DNA of 64,000 nt from Scenedesmus sp. PABB004 (lineage: Eukaryota), in assembly GCA_014905635.1 (NCBI GenBank), contig CM026547.1, positions 2,604,001-2,668,000 on the forward strand, in the 5' to 3' direction. The notes below the pieces were generated by a model. That model searched no databases, was not told where the DNA came from, and worked only from the letters and a program-made list of their open reading frames with translations. This document shows, piece after piece, positions 38,021 through 50,463 of the stretch; positions within the stretch are counted from its first letter, which is position 1; the number at the start of each line of letters is the position of its first letter. Made by a program: the position numbers and the translations under genes.

Positions 38021-38598
38021 GCGGCAGCGGCGGCGGCGGCGCACTTCAAATCACAGGGCTGGCCGCGTCGCGCGCGCATGCGGGAGCGGGCGGGGCGGCG
38101 AAGCTGCGAACGACACGTGGAGGGCGTGGAGACCAGGCCGACGCTGGCGCGGAGCTGTACCATTCGCCGACACAGACACAGATTCTTTTTTTGGCGGGGG
38201 GGGGGGGGGGGGGGGGGGCAGTCGCCCCGTGCTTGACCGCTGACGCCGCCGCGCCAGCCGCTGACGCCGCGCCAGCCGCGGGGGCTGCGCGCCCGCGGGG
38301 CGCACGACTGCGCCGCCGGCCAGCCGGCCACACGTGCGGCGCAGCCGTGCACCAGCCCGGAACGGCCTGGACGGAGCTGGCGCGCGGCGGCCGGGAGGCG
38401 CAGGGGGAGTGGGGGCGGGGCGTGCGCCTCGTGTCCATGCAGCGGTGCAAGAACCGGAAACAGCGCTGCATGCTTGAGAGCACACGATGCAGCCGGCGCG
38501 GTGCGTGTGCGGGGCTGGCTGCGGGCGTCGGGCGCTCGCTCGTGCTGCGGCACGCAGGACGGATGGGGACGGCGTGAGAAAGTTTGAACCTCCCCGAC

Positions 38599-38797
38599 TC
38601 ACGTTTCGCCCACGCCCTCGGCCAGGCCGCCGCCGCTGCTTTCCGCCGCCGCCGCGGCCTTGAGCGCTGCCGCTGCTGCGCCAGCGCCGCCGCCCTGCGG
38701 CAGCCCGTCAGCTGCGCTGTCGCCGGCACCCTCCTCGCCCGCCGGCGCCAGCTCTGCGCTGTCCGCGACCTCCTCGCCCGGCGGCGCAGGCCGGCCT

Positions 38798-38829
<32 letters not shown>

Positions 38830-40493
38830 GGCCGCTGCCGGCAGCGGCTGCTGCTGCTGCTCGGCCGCTGCCGGCAGTGGCTGCTGCTGCTCGGCCGCTG
38901 CCGGCAGCGGCTGCTGCTGCGCCTCGCCGCCGCCGGGGGCCAGGGCGCTGCGGCCTCCTCGCCTGGCGGCGGCTGCGGCGGCCCCAGCCCCTGCTGGTCC
39001 CCCGCCACCGGCAGCGGCTGCTGCGAGTCGCCTCCGCCTCCGCCGCCGCTGTGCCCCCGCACCGCCGCCGCGGCGCTGCTCTCGCCGCGCTCGCGCGCCA
39101 GGTCGACATGCAGCACCGGGAACCAGATGATGCTGCCAGGCGCCCCGCTGCCGCCCACGAGCTCCACCTCCACCACCGGCGTGCTGCCGTGCACGCGCGC
39201 CGTGAGGACGCGCCCCAGCTGCCACGGCGCGCGGAGCCAGCTGACCTGCCGCTGCGGCGCCGCTGCCGCCGCCTCCCGCAGCTGCTGCGTGCGCAGGCTG
39301 CGCTGCGCGGGTCCGGCCTGCGAGGGCTTCACCCACAAGCGGTCGCCCACGGCCACGTACGGCAGCAGCTGCGACGCCGCAGCCTCCGCGTAGCGCACCG
39401 CGCCGCCCCCGACCTCCACGACGTAGCACTCCTCGCGCCCGCCCGCGTCGCCCGCGCCGCCGCCCGCAGCGCCGCCGCCGCCGCCGCCGGCGCCGCGCGG
39501 CGCGGCGTCCACGCTCCTCACGCTGCCCAGGAAGCAGCGGGACGACAGCGGGCAGGTCCACCACACCGCCTCGCCCAGCGCGTAGCGCCGCCGCGCGCCG
39601 GCGTCGGCGTACGGCATGCCGCCGTGGCCGGGCTGCTGCTGCCGCTGCTGCGCGCGCAGCAGGCGCAGGCGCGCCCCGCCCGCGGTGCCCGGCAGCGCGG
39701 GGTGCGCCCGCTCCACGGCGACGTCGCTGTCGTCGCTGGCGCTGCCGCCGCCGCGGCCGCCGCCGCGGCCTGCCACGGCGCCGGCGCCGGACTGCCCCGA
39801 CACGCTCGCCCAGTCCTCCTCCCAAGCCGAGACGCCGCCGCTGCTGTCCCCGTCGCCGCCGCCGGCGCCGGTGAGGTCTGGCACCGAGTTGCTGCGCCCC
39901 AGCCCGCCCAGCACGCCGGGGGCGCCGCCTGAGTCGGCCGGTGTGGGGGGCCGCGCCGGCGGGTGCGGCCGCTGCCCCGCCTGGTGCGGCAGCGCCTGCT
40001 GCAGCGCCACCAGCTCCTCGGCCGCGACCATCATCGCCGCGTCAGCGCCGGCGCCGGCGCCGCCGCCGCTGCGCGCGCGCTTGGCGGCCGGCGCGGCATC
40101 CGCCGCCGCCGGCACGCTGAGGCGCTTGCCCAGCAGGGTCTCGGACGCCGGCTGGTGCTGGTGCGGCGGCGGCGGCTGCCCGGGCTGGCCCGACTCCGCC
40201 TGCGACTGCTGCAGCTGCTGCTGCTCGTGCTCCCAGGCGTGCAGCTGGTGCGGCAGCACGATGCCCTGCTGCTCCGCCTGGAACGTGTGCACGCTCAGCG
40301 CGAGGGCTTGGCGCAGCTGCTCGTCGTCGTCGTCGTCCTCGTCGTCGCGCGCCGGCGCCGGCGCCGCGTCGCCGGGGGCCGGCGGCTGCGACAGGCTGGC
40401 GAGGCTTGAGCGGATGGCCTGCTCAAGATCCTCATCGAAGCCGGAGTCAGCCTCGGCTTCGGCCAGGTCCACGACGTCGGCGCCGCCGCGCAT
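38599..40493 (-). CDS. Apparently intronless protein with two UIM-like motifs and two Tudor/Agenet-like modules; apparent -1 frameshift near 38950
   Basis: DEDLEQAIRSSL and DDEQLRQALALS; YALGEAVWW..GSVRSV..YVVEV..QLLPY and VAVGDRLWVK..WQLGRV..VEVEL. The uncorrected ORF would run to 38046. Confidence 0.6.
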
Positions 40494-41133
40494 GGCACGC
40501 GCCGCCGCTGCTGCGCGCTGCTGCTGCCGCCGCGCCGCGCCGCGCCGAGCTGACGGCGCGCGGTGCCCGCCAGCGGCGCACGCCGCTCAGACGAAGGCGC
40601 CGCGCATGCTTCGGGCCCGCGACGCAGGCCCGCCTCGCGGGCGCGCGCGGGCCGCGGAGCGCAGCCTGCCGGCCGCGCGCGTGCGGGCGCGCTCTCGGCA
40701 CGCAGTTGAGCGGCTGAGAGCGCGACTCGGACGCTGCTGGGAGCGCTCGCCGGGCGCCGCCCGCCGCCGCCGCTGCTGCGCTACTGCTGCAGTGCGCGGC
40801 CTGCTGCTGGCCGGCCGGGCGCCTGCGCGGGCGCGGGAGGAGGAACTGGCGTCGTCGCGAGTGCGACCACTGCGTCCGGCCGCGGCGCTCGTCGCGCACG
40901 AGCCGAGGGGGTTCAACGGAACCCGCAACGCGCGCTCCAGTCAGCAACGGCGGCGGCAAAGGGCATGTGAGAAGGAAGCCGCTCCGCCTCACGCCCATCC
41001 GTCACACGTCACGCGCCACGGGTTCAGCGCTCGCAGGTGGTCGCACGACCCCACAACACCCCGCGTTGACGGCCAAAATGCGCTGCGCACTCCGCGCCCT
41101 CTCCCGCCCCGCTCTCGCCGCGCGCCGCGCAAC

Positions 41134-43574
41134 TCATGGCGCGCCGTCGCCGCCCGAGGCGCGCGCAGCGTGGTGCCGGCGTATGCTGAGGCGCACAAAC
41201 TCCTTGATGTTGGCCTCCAGCTTGGCGCGCTCGATCGGCTTGGCCGCGCCGCCCGCCTGGCGCTCGGCGCACGCGGCCGCCTCCTTCTCAACCACCTCGC
41301 GCCGCAGCTTCCTGCGGCGCGGCGGCGCCGCCGGGCGCGGGGGCGCGGGGGGCAGGGGAGCGCGTCGGTGGGCGGCGCCGCGGCTGCTGCGCCGGCGGCG
41401 GCCGCGCGCCGGCGCCAGACGGGCCCGCGCGCGCGCGAGTGCCGCAGCGCCGCACCTGTAGAGCTGCTGCGCGTCCTCCTTTGAGATGCGGTTGGGGTGG
41501 TCTGGCTGCACGTACTTGCCCAGGCGCCGCTTGACCGCCTCCGCCACAAACGCCTCAAACTCGGGGCCGGGCTGCTCCCAGCTCTCCGCAAAGGCGCCGC
41601 CGGGCGGGGCGCCGCCAGCCGCCGGCAGCGGCGGCGGCGGCCGGCCGCCGCCAGGCGGCACCTCGCGCGGTGCCGCAGGCGGCGGCCGGCCGAACGGCTG
41701 CGCCCCCGGGCCGCGCGGCGGCAGCTGCGCGCCGTCCGGCGCGCCCCGGAAGCCGGGCGGCGGCCCCGGCGCCGCCGGCGGCGGCCGCCAGTCCCCGTCC
41801 GGCGCCGGCGGCCAGCCCCCGCCAGCAGCGCCAGCGCCGGGGCCGGCGCCGGCGCCGGCGCCCGCAGCCGCGGCGGCGCGCAGGCGCTCGCGCTCGCGGA
41901 AGCTCAGCGCCGAGCCCGGCCGCTCCGGCAGCGCTGCCTCGACCGGGGGCGGGCCGTAGAAGTACTGGCCCGGCGGCGCGTCGCCCAGCCCGGCGGGCGT
42001 GTGCGGCCGGCGCGGCGGCGAGCCGCGCCGCACGATCGGCGACAGCGCGCCGCCGGCGGCCGCCTCGGCGGCGCGCGGGCTGGGGTGCGGCAGCAGCCAC
42101 GCGTCGGCGGCGCCGCCCGGCTGGTGGTAGCCGAAGTACACGCCCAGGCTGCACAGCTCCTCCACGCTCGCGGGCCCCCGCTGCGCCGCCGGCTGCGGGC
42201 GGAAGGGGTCGCCGGCGCTCGCGCTGCGCGCCAGGCGGCCGGCGGGCTCGCCGCCGCCGTCGGCGCCGAGGTCGCTGATGGGCGGCGGCGCGCCGAGGCC
42301 GCCGGCCTCTCCGGCGCCTAGCTCGCGCTGCTGCTCCCACTCGCCCCAGGCGCCGCTGCGCTCGCGGGGGAACGGGTCAAAGCCGCCGGCCGGGCCGGGC
42401 GCGCCGAAGCGGGCGCCGCCCCAGGCGCCGTTGCCGACGTCCGGGCCAAAGCCGCGGCCAAACGGCCCGCCGGGCGAGCGCGCCGCTGGGCCGCCGCGCC
42501 CGCGGCCGCCGCGGAAGGCGCCGCCCGGCGGCGGCAGCATGTGCGGCGGCGGCCCCACGCCCCGCCGCCCCAGGCGCCGCCGCCGTCCCAGCCATCGCCG
42601 CTCGGCAGCGCGCCGCCGGGGCCGCCGGGGCCGCCGGCGCCCGGGTGCGGGCGCCACATGCCGGGCGGGCTGCCCGGCGCGCCGGGCCCCTCGTGCGCGA
42701 GCGCCGCGCCGAGCGAGGTGCTGGGGCTGGAGTGCTGCTCCAGGGGCGGCGGCCCCGGCGGGAAGCCGCCCGGCACGGCCAGGCCCAGGCCCGGGCCGGG
42801 GCCGGGGCCGGGGCCGGGGCCGGGCGGCCCGAAGCCGAAGCCCGGCCCCGGCGGGCCGCCGCGGTGCGGCGGCGGCAGCGCGCCGCCGGGCCACGCGCGC
42901 TGCTGCCGCGCGTGGGCGGGCGGCGGCGCGTTGTCGCGCAGCGCGGCCATGACGCGCGCGAGCTGTGGCGGCGGGAGGTGCAGGGAGAGCAGGTAGGGCT
43001 TGCCGTTTGGCCCCGGCACGTGGTAGAGCTGCACCAGCGTCGCGTCGCTGCACGAGCTCGCGGCGTAGCGCTTGAGCAGCTGGTGCCCGCGCCGGCGGAC
43101 CTCCCAGTCGCTCGCGGAGCTCGCCATGCGGCGGATGAGGTCGGCAAACGTGCCGTGCGCGCTGCGCGCGGTGTAGAGGTCGTCGGGCGTGATGGGGAGG
43201 TGCTCCAGCACGCGGATGACCTTGACCAGCACCACGCTGTACTCGGCCGTGAACGGCGTGCGCCCGAGCGTCGCCTGCAGCTGCGTGAGGATGCCGCACG
43301 TCACCCACTCGCGCTTGAGCTTCTCGCTGCTGCTCGCGAGCACGACGTCGAGCAGCATGCCCATGTCGGCCATGCGCGCGCGCTGGCGCGCGGCAAAGCG
43401 CGCCTCGCTCTCGCGCTCGCGCGCCTCCAGCTCCGCGCCGCGCAGCGGCGCCAGCGGCTGCAGGTGCGCCGGCAGCGCGAGCAGCTGCTGCTCCGTCGCG
43501 TCGCCGCCGGCGGCGCCGCCCTCGCCGAGCGCCTGCGGCGCCGGCTCGGCGCCGCCGTCCGGCGGCGGCGCCTG

Positions 43575-43616
<42 letters not shown>

Positions 43617-46600
43617 GGGGTCGCCGCCCGCCTGCTGGCGCGCCAGCTGCTCGGCCTGCGGCAGCTTGGTGGGCGAGCCCGCCTTGGAGCCGGCCTGCGC
43701 CCCCGGCGGCAGCGCCGCGGGGTCGGCCTGGCGCGGCGCGATGTCGCAGAGGTTGAACATGCGCAGCACCATGATCACGCTGCGCTGCCCCGGCTCGCGC
43801 AGCTTGAACGACTGCTTCTGCACCAGCTGCTCCAGCCGCCGGTCCACCTCGCTGCGGCGCTTCACCTGCTTGCCGGCTGCGGCGGCGGCGGTCGCGGCGG
43901 TGGCGGTCAGCGGCGTCTAGGGGGGATGCCGCCAGCCCGTGCCGCAGCCGCCCCGCGTGCGCGCGCTCACCGTTGGCCACTGCCAGCGTCAGGAAGCTGC
44001 GCCGCCCCGACTTGGTCTGCTGCTGCTTGCCCTCCGCCGCGGCGCGCGCGCCGGGCGCGAGCGGCGGGCGCTGGCGCTGGCGGTTGGACTGCACCACGCG
44101 CACGCGCTGCCGCGCGGGCGCGCGCGGCGCCGGCGGCTCGTCGTCGCTGAGCTCGTCGTCCAGGTCGGCGTCTGGGGGCGGGGGGGGGGGCGCGACGGGG
44201 CGGCGGGGAGGGGGGTCGGGCCGGGGCGGCGGCGCGCGCGGGGCGCTCGGTGGCGCGTCGCCGTGGGTGGCCGACGGGCGGTGGCGGCGTGCCCCGCCGC
44301 GGCGCCCTCCCCGCGCGCGCACCGTTGAGCTGCATCGCGTCGTCGTCCTCCTCCTTCTCGCTCTCCTCCTCCTCCTGCTCCGACGACTCGCCGCCGGCGC
44401 CGCCGGCGGCCGCCTTTGCCGCCGCGCGCGCCGCGCGCCGCTCCGCGAGCTGGGCCTGCTTCTGCAGGTACTTTGCGAGCCGAGCGTCCTCGCGCTCCTG
44501 CCGCCGCGCCGCCTGCTGCGCGGCGCGCTGGCGCCGCTTCTCCTCGGCCGCCGCGAGCCGCTGCTGCTTGGCCGCCGCCGCCGCCGCGCGCTTGCTGCCG
44601 GCGGGCGGCTCGTCGTCGCCCTGCGTGCTGCGCTTGCGCTTGAGCTGCTTGAACGCCGCCTTGAGCGGCCCCCGCACGCCCTGCGGCGACTCCGCGCCGT
44701 CCAGGCCCGACCGCGCCGCCTCGCCCGCGGTGCGCGCGCTGCTGGTGGCCGGCGACGCGCCCGCGTGCGCGGCGCCGCGCGGCGCGGCGCGGCTGCCGTC
44801 CTCCGACTCGTCGCCGTGGCTGGGGCTCGCGGCGCCCGCCGCCGTGCTGGCGGTGCGCCCCGCCTCGCTGGGGTCGTCGCCGGTGTAGGTCCAGTCGATG
44901 CCCTTCTGCGCGCACAGCTGCTGCAGCCTGCGCGACATGCGCGGGCGCGGGCGGGCGCGCGGGCACGCGGCGGCGCGGAGGCGCTCAGCGCCGCCGCGCG
45001 GCCGCCCCGCGCGCTGCGCCCGCCGCCCCGCCGCCTGCTGCGTGCTGCGAGCCGCGCCGCGTGCTGCTGCTGCTGCTGCGCGCCTGTTGATCATCTTGGC
45101 GTCCCACGCGCGGTGCACGGTGCCGACCTCCTTGTCCAGCATCGCCTGCACGCACGCGTCGGTCTCGTCCTCACGCACCATGACCGGCTCGGGGTCGTGC
45201 GTCACGTCCTCCGCGTCGCCCAGGCCCGCGATGTCGGCGGTGCTCTCCGCCGTGCCGCCGATGAACTTGCGGCAGCGCTTGCTGCCGCAGAAGCAGCGCA
45301 TCGGCTTGTCGCCGTAGCGCTCAAAGTTGTAGTCAAACGTGAGCTCCTCGCCTGCGCAGCGCGCAGCGCGCACGGCGCGGCGCGGCGCTCGCGACGCCGG
45401 CCGCCGGCCGCCGGCCGCCGCTGCCGCCTGCTGTGCGCCCGCCCGCCGCCCGCCGCCCGCCGCCCGCGCTGCTGCCGCGCGCCGCCTGGTCACGCACCGG
45501 CCTTGATCTTGCGCAGCGTGTACAGCCCGATCGCCAGCTCGCCGCGGACCATCCACTTCTGCGTCTCGCAGTTGGGCTCGCACGAGTGGTTGATGAAGCG
45601 CGCGTGGTTGCCCTGCGCGCCGGGGCGGTGGGCGCGCCGCGCGCGGCGGTGGGCGCCCCGCCGCGCGCTGCGCCGGCTGCTGCGCCGCACGCCGGCTGCT
45701 GCGCCGCGTGCCGCGCGCCGGCTGCTGCGCCGCACGCCGGCTGCCGCGCCGCGTGCCGCGCGCCGGCTGCCGCGCCGCGCGCCTTGCGGCAGGCGTCGAT
45801 GACCTCGCCGTTGCCGATGTTCATAAAGTAGTAGTGCCGCTGCCCCGTGGCGATGTAGTACTGCTTGCGCCGCACGTACTCCTCCTCCTCCAGCACCTCG
45901 CCGATGTACTCGATCAGGAACTGCCCCGCGACCAGGTCCTCGTCGGTGTAGAGGCCAAAGCCCTTGGGGCCCGCGCGGCGCTGCGGGCGGCGGCGGCGCG
46001 CGGCGCGGCGTCGGCGGCGAGCGCGCGCGCACGCACGCACGCCGCCGGGGCGCGCGGTCTCACCACCGAGAGCTTGGCGTACTGCTTCTTGGTGAACATC
46101 TGGTTGTTGCACTTGTCCTCGCAGGGGCAAAAGTCCTGCGGCGCGCGCGGGGGACAGCCGCGCGCGGAGCGTCAGCGCCCGCGCCGCTGCCGCGCCGAGC
46201 GCCGCCGCGCCGACCGCCACTGCGCCCGCCGCGGCCGCGCGGCGCCCGGCCGCGCGCCCGCCTCCGGGCGCGACTGCGGCGGCGTGCGCGCCGCCAGCGG
46301 CTGGCAGTGCGGCGCACCTCGGTGCACTCGATGCAGAGCATGCGGTTGATGCAGTTGGGCCCGCAGCCGTCGCCGCCGCGCCAGGGCGGTGGGCAGTGGC
46401 ACACCATGATGTCGTCCTCGTCCTGCTGCTTGCGCTTGCGGTGGCTGTAGGCGTTGCCCCGAATCAGCTGCCACACCGCCGGCAGCTTGGGGCGGTTCTC
46501 CGCCGCGTCCTCCTCGTCCGCCTCGGCCTGCATGGAGCCGCGGCGGCCGCGCGGGGCGGCGGCGGCGGCGGCGGCGGCGCGTGGGCGGCGGCGCGGCGCG

Positions 46601-46960
46601 GCGGGGGCCGCCGGCGGCGCGGCGCGGCGCGCCGCTGCCGCGCACGTCCGCTGCCTCCTGGTCGATCTCCTCGTTGGTGAGCTCCTGGGGCACATCGCAG
46701 CTAGCGAAGGGGGAGTTGGGGTTGAGGTCGCAGTACCTGCGTCCGGGCGGCGCCGCGGCGTGAGGCGCGGCCCCCGGGCGGCGGGAGGCGACGCCCACAG
46801 CAGCATGATGCCGGCACCCCGCTCGCCATTGTGCGTCGTCGGCGAGGCCGTCCGCCACGCTCTTGGGCACGCGGCGCCACTTGCTGCACCGGTCGCAGGC
46901 CACCCAGTGATCGGCCTCCCCAGGCGCGCCGCTGGGGGCCTCCTCGCTGGTGCTGCTCAT
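41134..46960 (-). CDS. ASHH2: H3K36 methyltransferase, ASHH2/SDG8/SET2-like (CW, AWS, SET, post-SET, TFIIS-N-like, SRI-like); apparent -1 frameshift near 42555
   Basis: [20 protein letters not shown] (CW); [14 protein letters not shown] (AWS); [29 protein letters not shown] (SET); CFCGSKRC; C-terminal [22 protein letters not shown]. Confidence 0.94.
45671..45779. repeat. Intronic tandem repeat, 2 x 45 nt plus a partial copy
   Basis: CGCCGGCTGCTGCGCCGCAC... unit repeated inside ASHH2 intron 45613..45782. Confidence 0.8.
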
Positions 46961-47375
46961 GCCGCCCGCGCGCGCGCGCCCGCGCGCCGCCCCGCAGCTC
47001 GCAGCGCGTTCACGGCGCCATGCCACGTCCCCTACGCATGCGGCGGCTGCTGCTGCTGCTGCTGCCGGCGCCTCCACAACACAAATTCTGCGCGCGCGCC
47101 TGGACGCGAGGGAGGGCCAGAACACCGCGTCACGGCATGCTTGTGTCGGCACGGGCGCCGTGGGTGATTTGGAGACACGCCAGGTCCGGCAGCGGCGGCG
47201 GCGCAGCCCGCCCGCGACGCGTCATTCTAGTCTAGTCTGCGGCGCGTGGCCCGCCGGCCAGGGCAGTCAGCTTGCTGGCCCGCGTCAGGCACGAGCGCTG
47301 CGGCCAGCGCCGGTGCCAGCAGCGGGCGCCGCTCCCTCTCATCAGCAGCACCGCGCGCGGCGCGCCGCCGCCACC

Positions 47376-48788
47376 ATGCCGCGCGGCGCCGCGCCCGCGG
47401 CCCTGGCCATCGTCGTCGCTGCGGTGCTCGCGATCGTGCCGGGGCTGGGCGCGAGCGGTCCCAGCCTGGCGACGCCGCTCTTCGCCTGGGCACCCGAGGG
47501 CGCCCTCTTCGCGTCCGGCGATCAGGCCGCGCGCACGTCCTACCAGGTGCGCCAGGGCGGTTGCGAAGGGCTACCCGCGGTCCTCGGCGCGCGCCCAAAG
47601 CGCGGCGGCGCCCACGCGGCGCCGATCTGGCGGCGGCGCTGCTCGCCGCGCGCGCCGCAACCCCGGTCGCCGCGCGGCGCCGCCGCCGGCCCGCAGGTGC
47701 TCGAGCCGCACGCCGCGCTCACCGGCCTGGTGGACGGCGCGCTGGGGCGCGTCGGCGAGGAGGGCCTGGTCGACGCGGACGCCGCACGCGGCGGCGCCGC
47801 CCCGGAGCTGGTGCTGCTCCTGCTGGGCAGCCAGGTGCGGCGCCCGCGCCCATCCCTGCGTGCCGAACGCCGCGCCTGCCGCGGCCGTCGCCCCCTGCAG
47901 CAGCGGCGCTCACCCCGCCGCCGCCGCCCGCCGCGCGCGCGGCGCGCAGCTCAAGACGAGCGACCTGCGCAGCGCCGCGGCGCAGGCCGCGCTGGCGCCC
48001 CTGCAGGCGCTGCTGGGCGCGGCCGGCTCCTCGCTCACGCTGCCCTACGTGCTGCACGACCTCGACGCGCTCGGCAGCCGCGCGCAGCGTGCGCAGCAGC
48101 TCGCCGCGGCGCTCGACGGCGCAGTGGTGCGGGCGCGCGGCGCCGCCGCGAGCCCGCGGCCGCGCGCGCGCGCACGCGGCCAGCGCCGGCGCGCACCGCT
48201 CAGTGTGCGCGCACCGCACCGCGCCAGGTCGTGGGCTGCGCGCCGGGCGACGAGCAGAGCCTCGACTCGGCGCTCGCGGCGGCCGGCGGCGACGGCCCGG
48301 CCGTCGTGCTGGCCTGCACGCGCAGCGAGGCCGGCGACGCGGGCGCGCCCGCGGCGCTCGCCGCGGAGGTGGCGCAGGTCGCATCGGCGGCGGCCGCCGC
48401 CGCCGCGAGCGGCCGGCGCGCGGCGGTCGTGTACGCCGTGCACCCCGACCCGCCCACCGCGCAGCAGCGCCGCCGCCTGCTCGCCACGGCCGGCGCCGAC
48501 GCCGGCGTGTGCGGCGCGCTGTGCCAGGTCCGTGCAGGGGGGAGGGAGGGGGGGGGCCTGCAGGGGGGCCGACGGCCACTGGCGCGCGGCCGGGCGCGGG
48601 CGGCGGGCGCACACGCCGAGCGCCGCGCGCCGCGCGCCGCCGCCCCGCAGACGCAGGTAAAGTGGCTTGAGGGCATCCTCGCGGCGGCCATCCTCGCCGT
48701 CGCCGCGTTCTCGGGCATGTGCTGCCTTTACATGCTGGACACGCCCACGCGCTTCGAGAAGGCCAAGGAGGGCGGGCGCGTGGATTGA
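47376..48788 (+). CDS. Type I membrane protein, V-ATPase accessory subunit S1/Ac45/VOA1-like (plant-type), 5 exons
   Basis: Signal peptide, PLFAW, RRRLL processing-like site, CGALCQTQVKWLEGIL-TM-SGMCCLYMLDTPTRFE. Confidence 0.8.
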   Translation: MPRGAAPAALAIVVAAVLAIVPGLGASGPSLATPLFAWAPEGALFASGDQAARTSYQVRQGGCEGLPAVLGARPKRGGAHAAPIWRRRCSPRAPQPRSPRGAAAGPQVLEPHAALTGLVDGALGRVGEEGLVDADAARGGAAPELVLLLLGSQVRRPRPSLRAERRACRGRRPLQQRRSPRRRRPPRARRAAQDERPAQRRGAGRAGAPAGAAGRGRLLAHAALRAARPRRARQPRAACAAARRGARRRSGAGARRRREPAAARARTRPAPARTAQCARTAPRQVVGCAPGDEQSLDSALAAAGGDGPAVVLACTRSEAGDAGAPAALAAEVAQVASAAAAAAASGRRAAVVYAVHPDPPTAQQRRRLLATAGADAGVCGALCQVRAGGREGGGLQGGRRPLARGRARAAGAHAERRAPRAAAPQTQVKWLEGILAAAILAVAAFSGMCCLYMLDTPTRFEKAKEGGRVD

Positions 48789-48804
48789 GACGGGGTGTTA
48801 CCCG

Positions 48805-48809
48805 TGTAA
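48805..48809 (+). promoter_or_regulatory. Candidate TGTAA polyadenylation signal
   Basis: TGTAA 16 nt after the stop at 48788. Confidence 0.45.
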
Positions 48810-49220
48810 TTGGGGGGCTCACCGCCACCGCCACCAGGCGCTGTTTCGCGGGCGCTGCCGGCAGCGGGGGGAGGTGATCCCAGAGAGTGCTGGGTCGCGG
48901 CGTGCCAGGCACGCCTTCGCCGCTGGGTTTAGGCGGCGCGACGGCTGGGGGGACGTGTGACTCTGCGCCACCCTTCACCGGACGCTCTCTTGATCTGGCG
49001 TCGCAGGCGGCGCCTTGCGGCGACGACGGCGCCGATCCGCGGTCGAAAACGGGGCGCCGCCGGGGTTTGGCATACGCCGCCACCGCCAGCCCGTTCTCGG
49101 GCCCCGTCTGCGGACCGCGCTTCTGCAGGCTTCGGTTGGTGCCGTTCCGCACGGCTCGGGCGGCCCGACAGCCTCGCAGCTGGTGCTCCGGCGGCCCCTG
49201 CCCTCTCGCCGGGCGCGCGC

Positions 49221-50463
49221 ATGGCGTGCGCGGTGCTGTCAGCAGCGCTACGGCGCGGCAGCTTCGCTCGGGCGGCGGGCCGCGGCCGGGGGGGCCCTGG
49301 GCAGGCCGGCACGGGGGCGCGCATCGTGCTGGCGCGCGGCACCGCGCACAAGAGCTGGGAGCGCGTCCTGCGCTACCCCTCCGGCGAGACGCGGTACATC
49401 CGCTACCCGATTGAGGCCACGCTGGAGGAGGAGGGCGACGAGGAGGGCGGCCTGGGCGGCTGGGACATCTCGGGACTCTGGAGCGGCCGCCCCACGCAGC
49501 CGGGGCGCTCCCAGGTGCGCTGACAGCGGCGGGCGCGCCACGGCGGCGCGGGAGGCGCGGCGGCATGGTCTCGGGGTGGGCGGCGGCGGCAGCGGGGGTT
49601 GCCGCGGCCACAACAGCGGGCCGCGCGGCAGCGGGCGCGCCGCCGTCCTGGGGCGCCGGCGCCCGACGCGCCGGGCTGGTCGCCCGCCATGCGGCGCAGG
49701 GCGCGGCGCAGCAGCAGCAGCAGCAGCAGCAGCAGCCCGCGCCGCCGAGCTTCCAGGAGACTGCGGCGTACCTGGAGGGCCTGTTCGCGGCGTCGTACGA
49801 GTCCCGGCCGCTCGAGAACGTGGAGCACACGTACGAGGTGCTGCGCGGCTGCCCCTGGGTGCTGCCGCGGCCGCTGTTCGTGCTCGCGCTGCGGGAGCGC
49901 GGCGCGGCGCTGGAGGACGAGGGCGTCCGCGCGACCTACACGCTGCGCACCAAGGTGCAGCAGGAGGGCGCCGCCGAAGCGCTGGCGCAGGTGCGCGCGG
50001 CGCGCGACGCCCGCGCCGCGCCGCGCAGCCGGGGCGGGGGCCGCCGCGGCGCGCCCCCGCCCACGCGTCCCCGCCGCGCCGCGCCGCGCAGCTGCTGAAC
50101 AAGCAGCACCTCGCTGGCGCGCTCGACGTCGCGGAGATGCGGGACGGCGTCGTCGCGTTTGAGGCGCCCGGCGACGCCGACAGCTTCGCCGGCCTGCTCG
50201 AGGAGGAGGGCCACAGCCAGGCGCGCGCCTGGCCGCCGCGGCGGCAGCGCAGCGCAGCGCACGTCGCGGCGTGGCGCGGGCCCCACGTGCGCCGCGCGCT
50301 CGCTGCGCAGGTGCTGGTCGCGGAGGTCGACTCGCACAAGCTCTTCCGCATGGCCACCGACGTGCGCGCGCTGGTCGTGCTGCTCCCGGCGGGCGCCAGC
50401 GTGCCCGCGCCCTACCAGCTCGCCGCGTCGCTCAAGCAGCAGCGGAGCTGGGACTCGATGTGA
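49221..50463 (+). CDS. Probable plastid protein with DUF3110-like region (4 exons)
   Basis: Transit-like N-terminus; LFVLAL..EDEGV..YTL..VVAFEAPGDADSFAGLLEEEG..VAEVD resembles DUF3110. Confidence 0.55.

Noticed and set aside
49521..49523. In-frame TGA as selenocysteine or readthrough
   Set aside because: It lies just after a strong CAG|GTGCGC donor, the downstream coding sequence is in another frame, and there is no redox motif.
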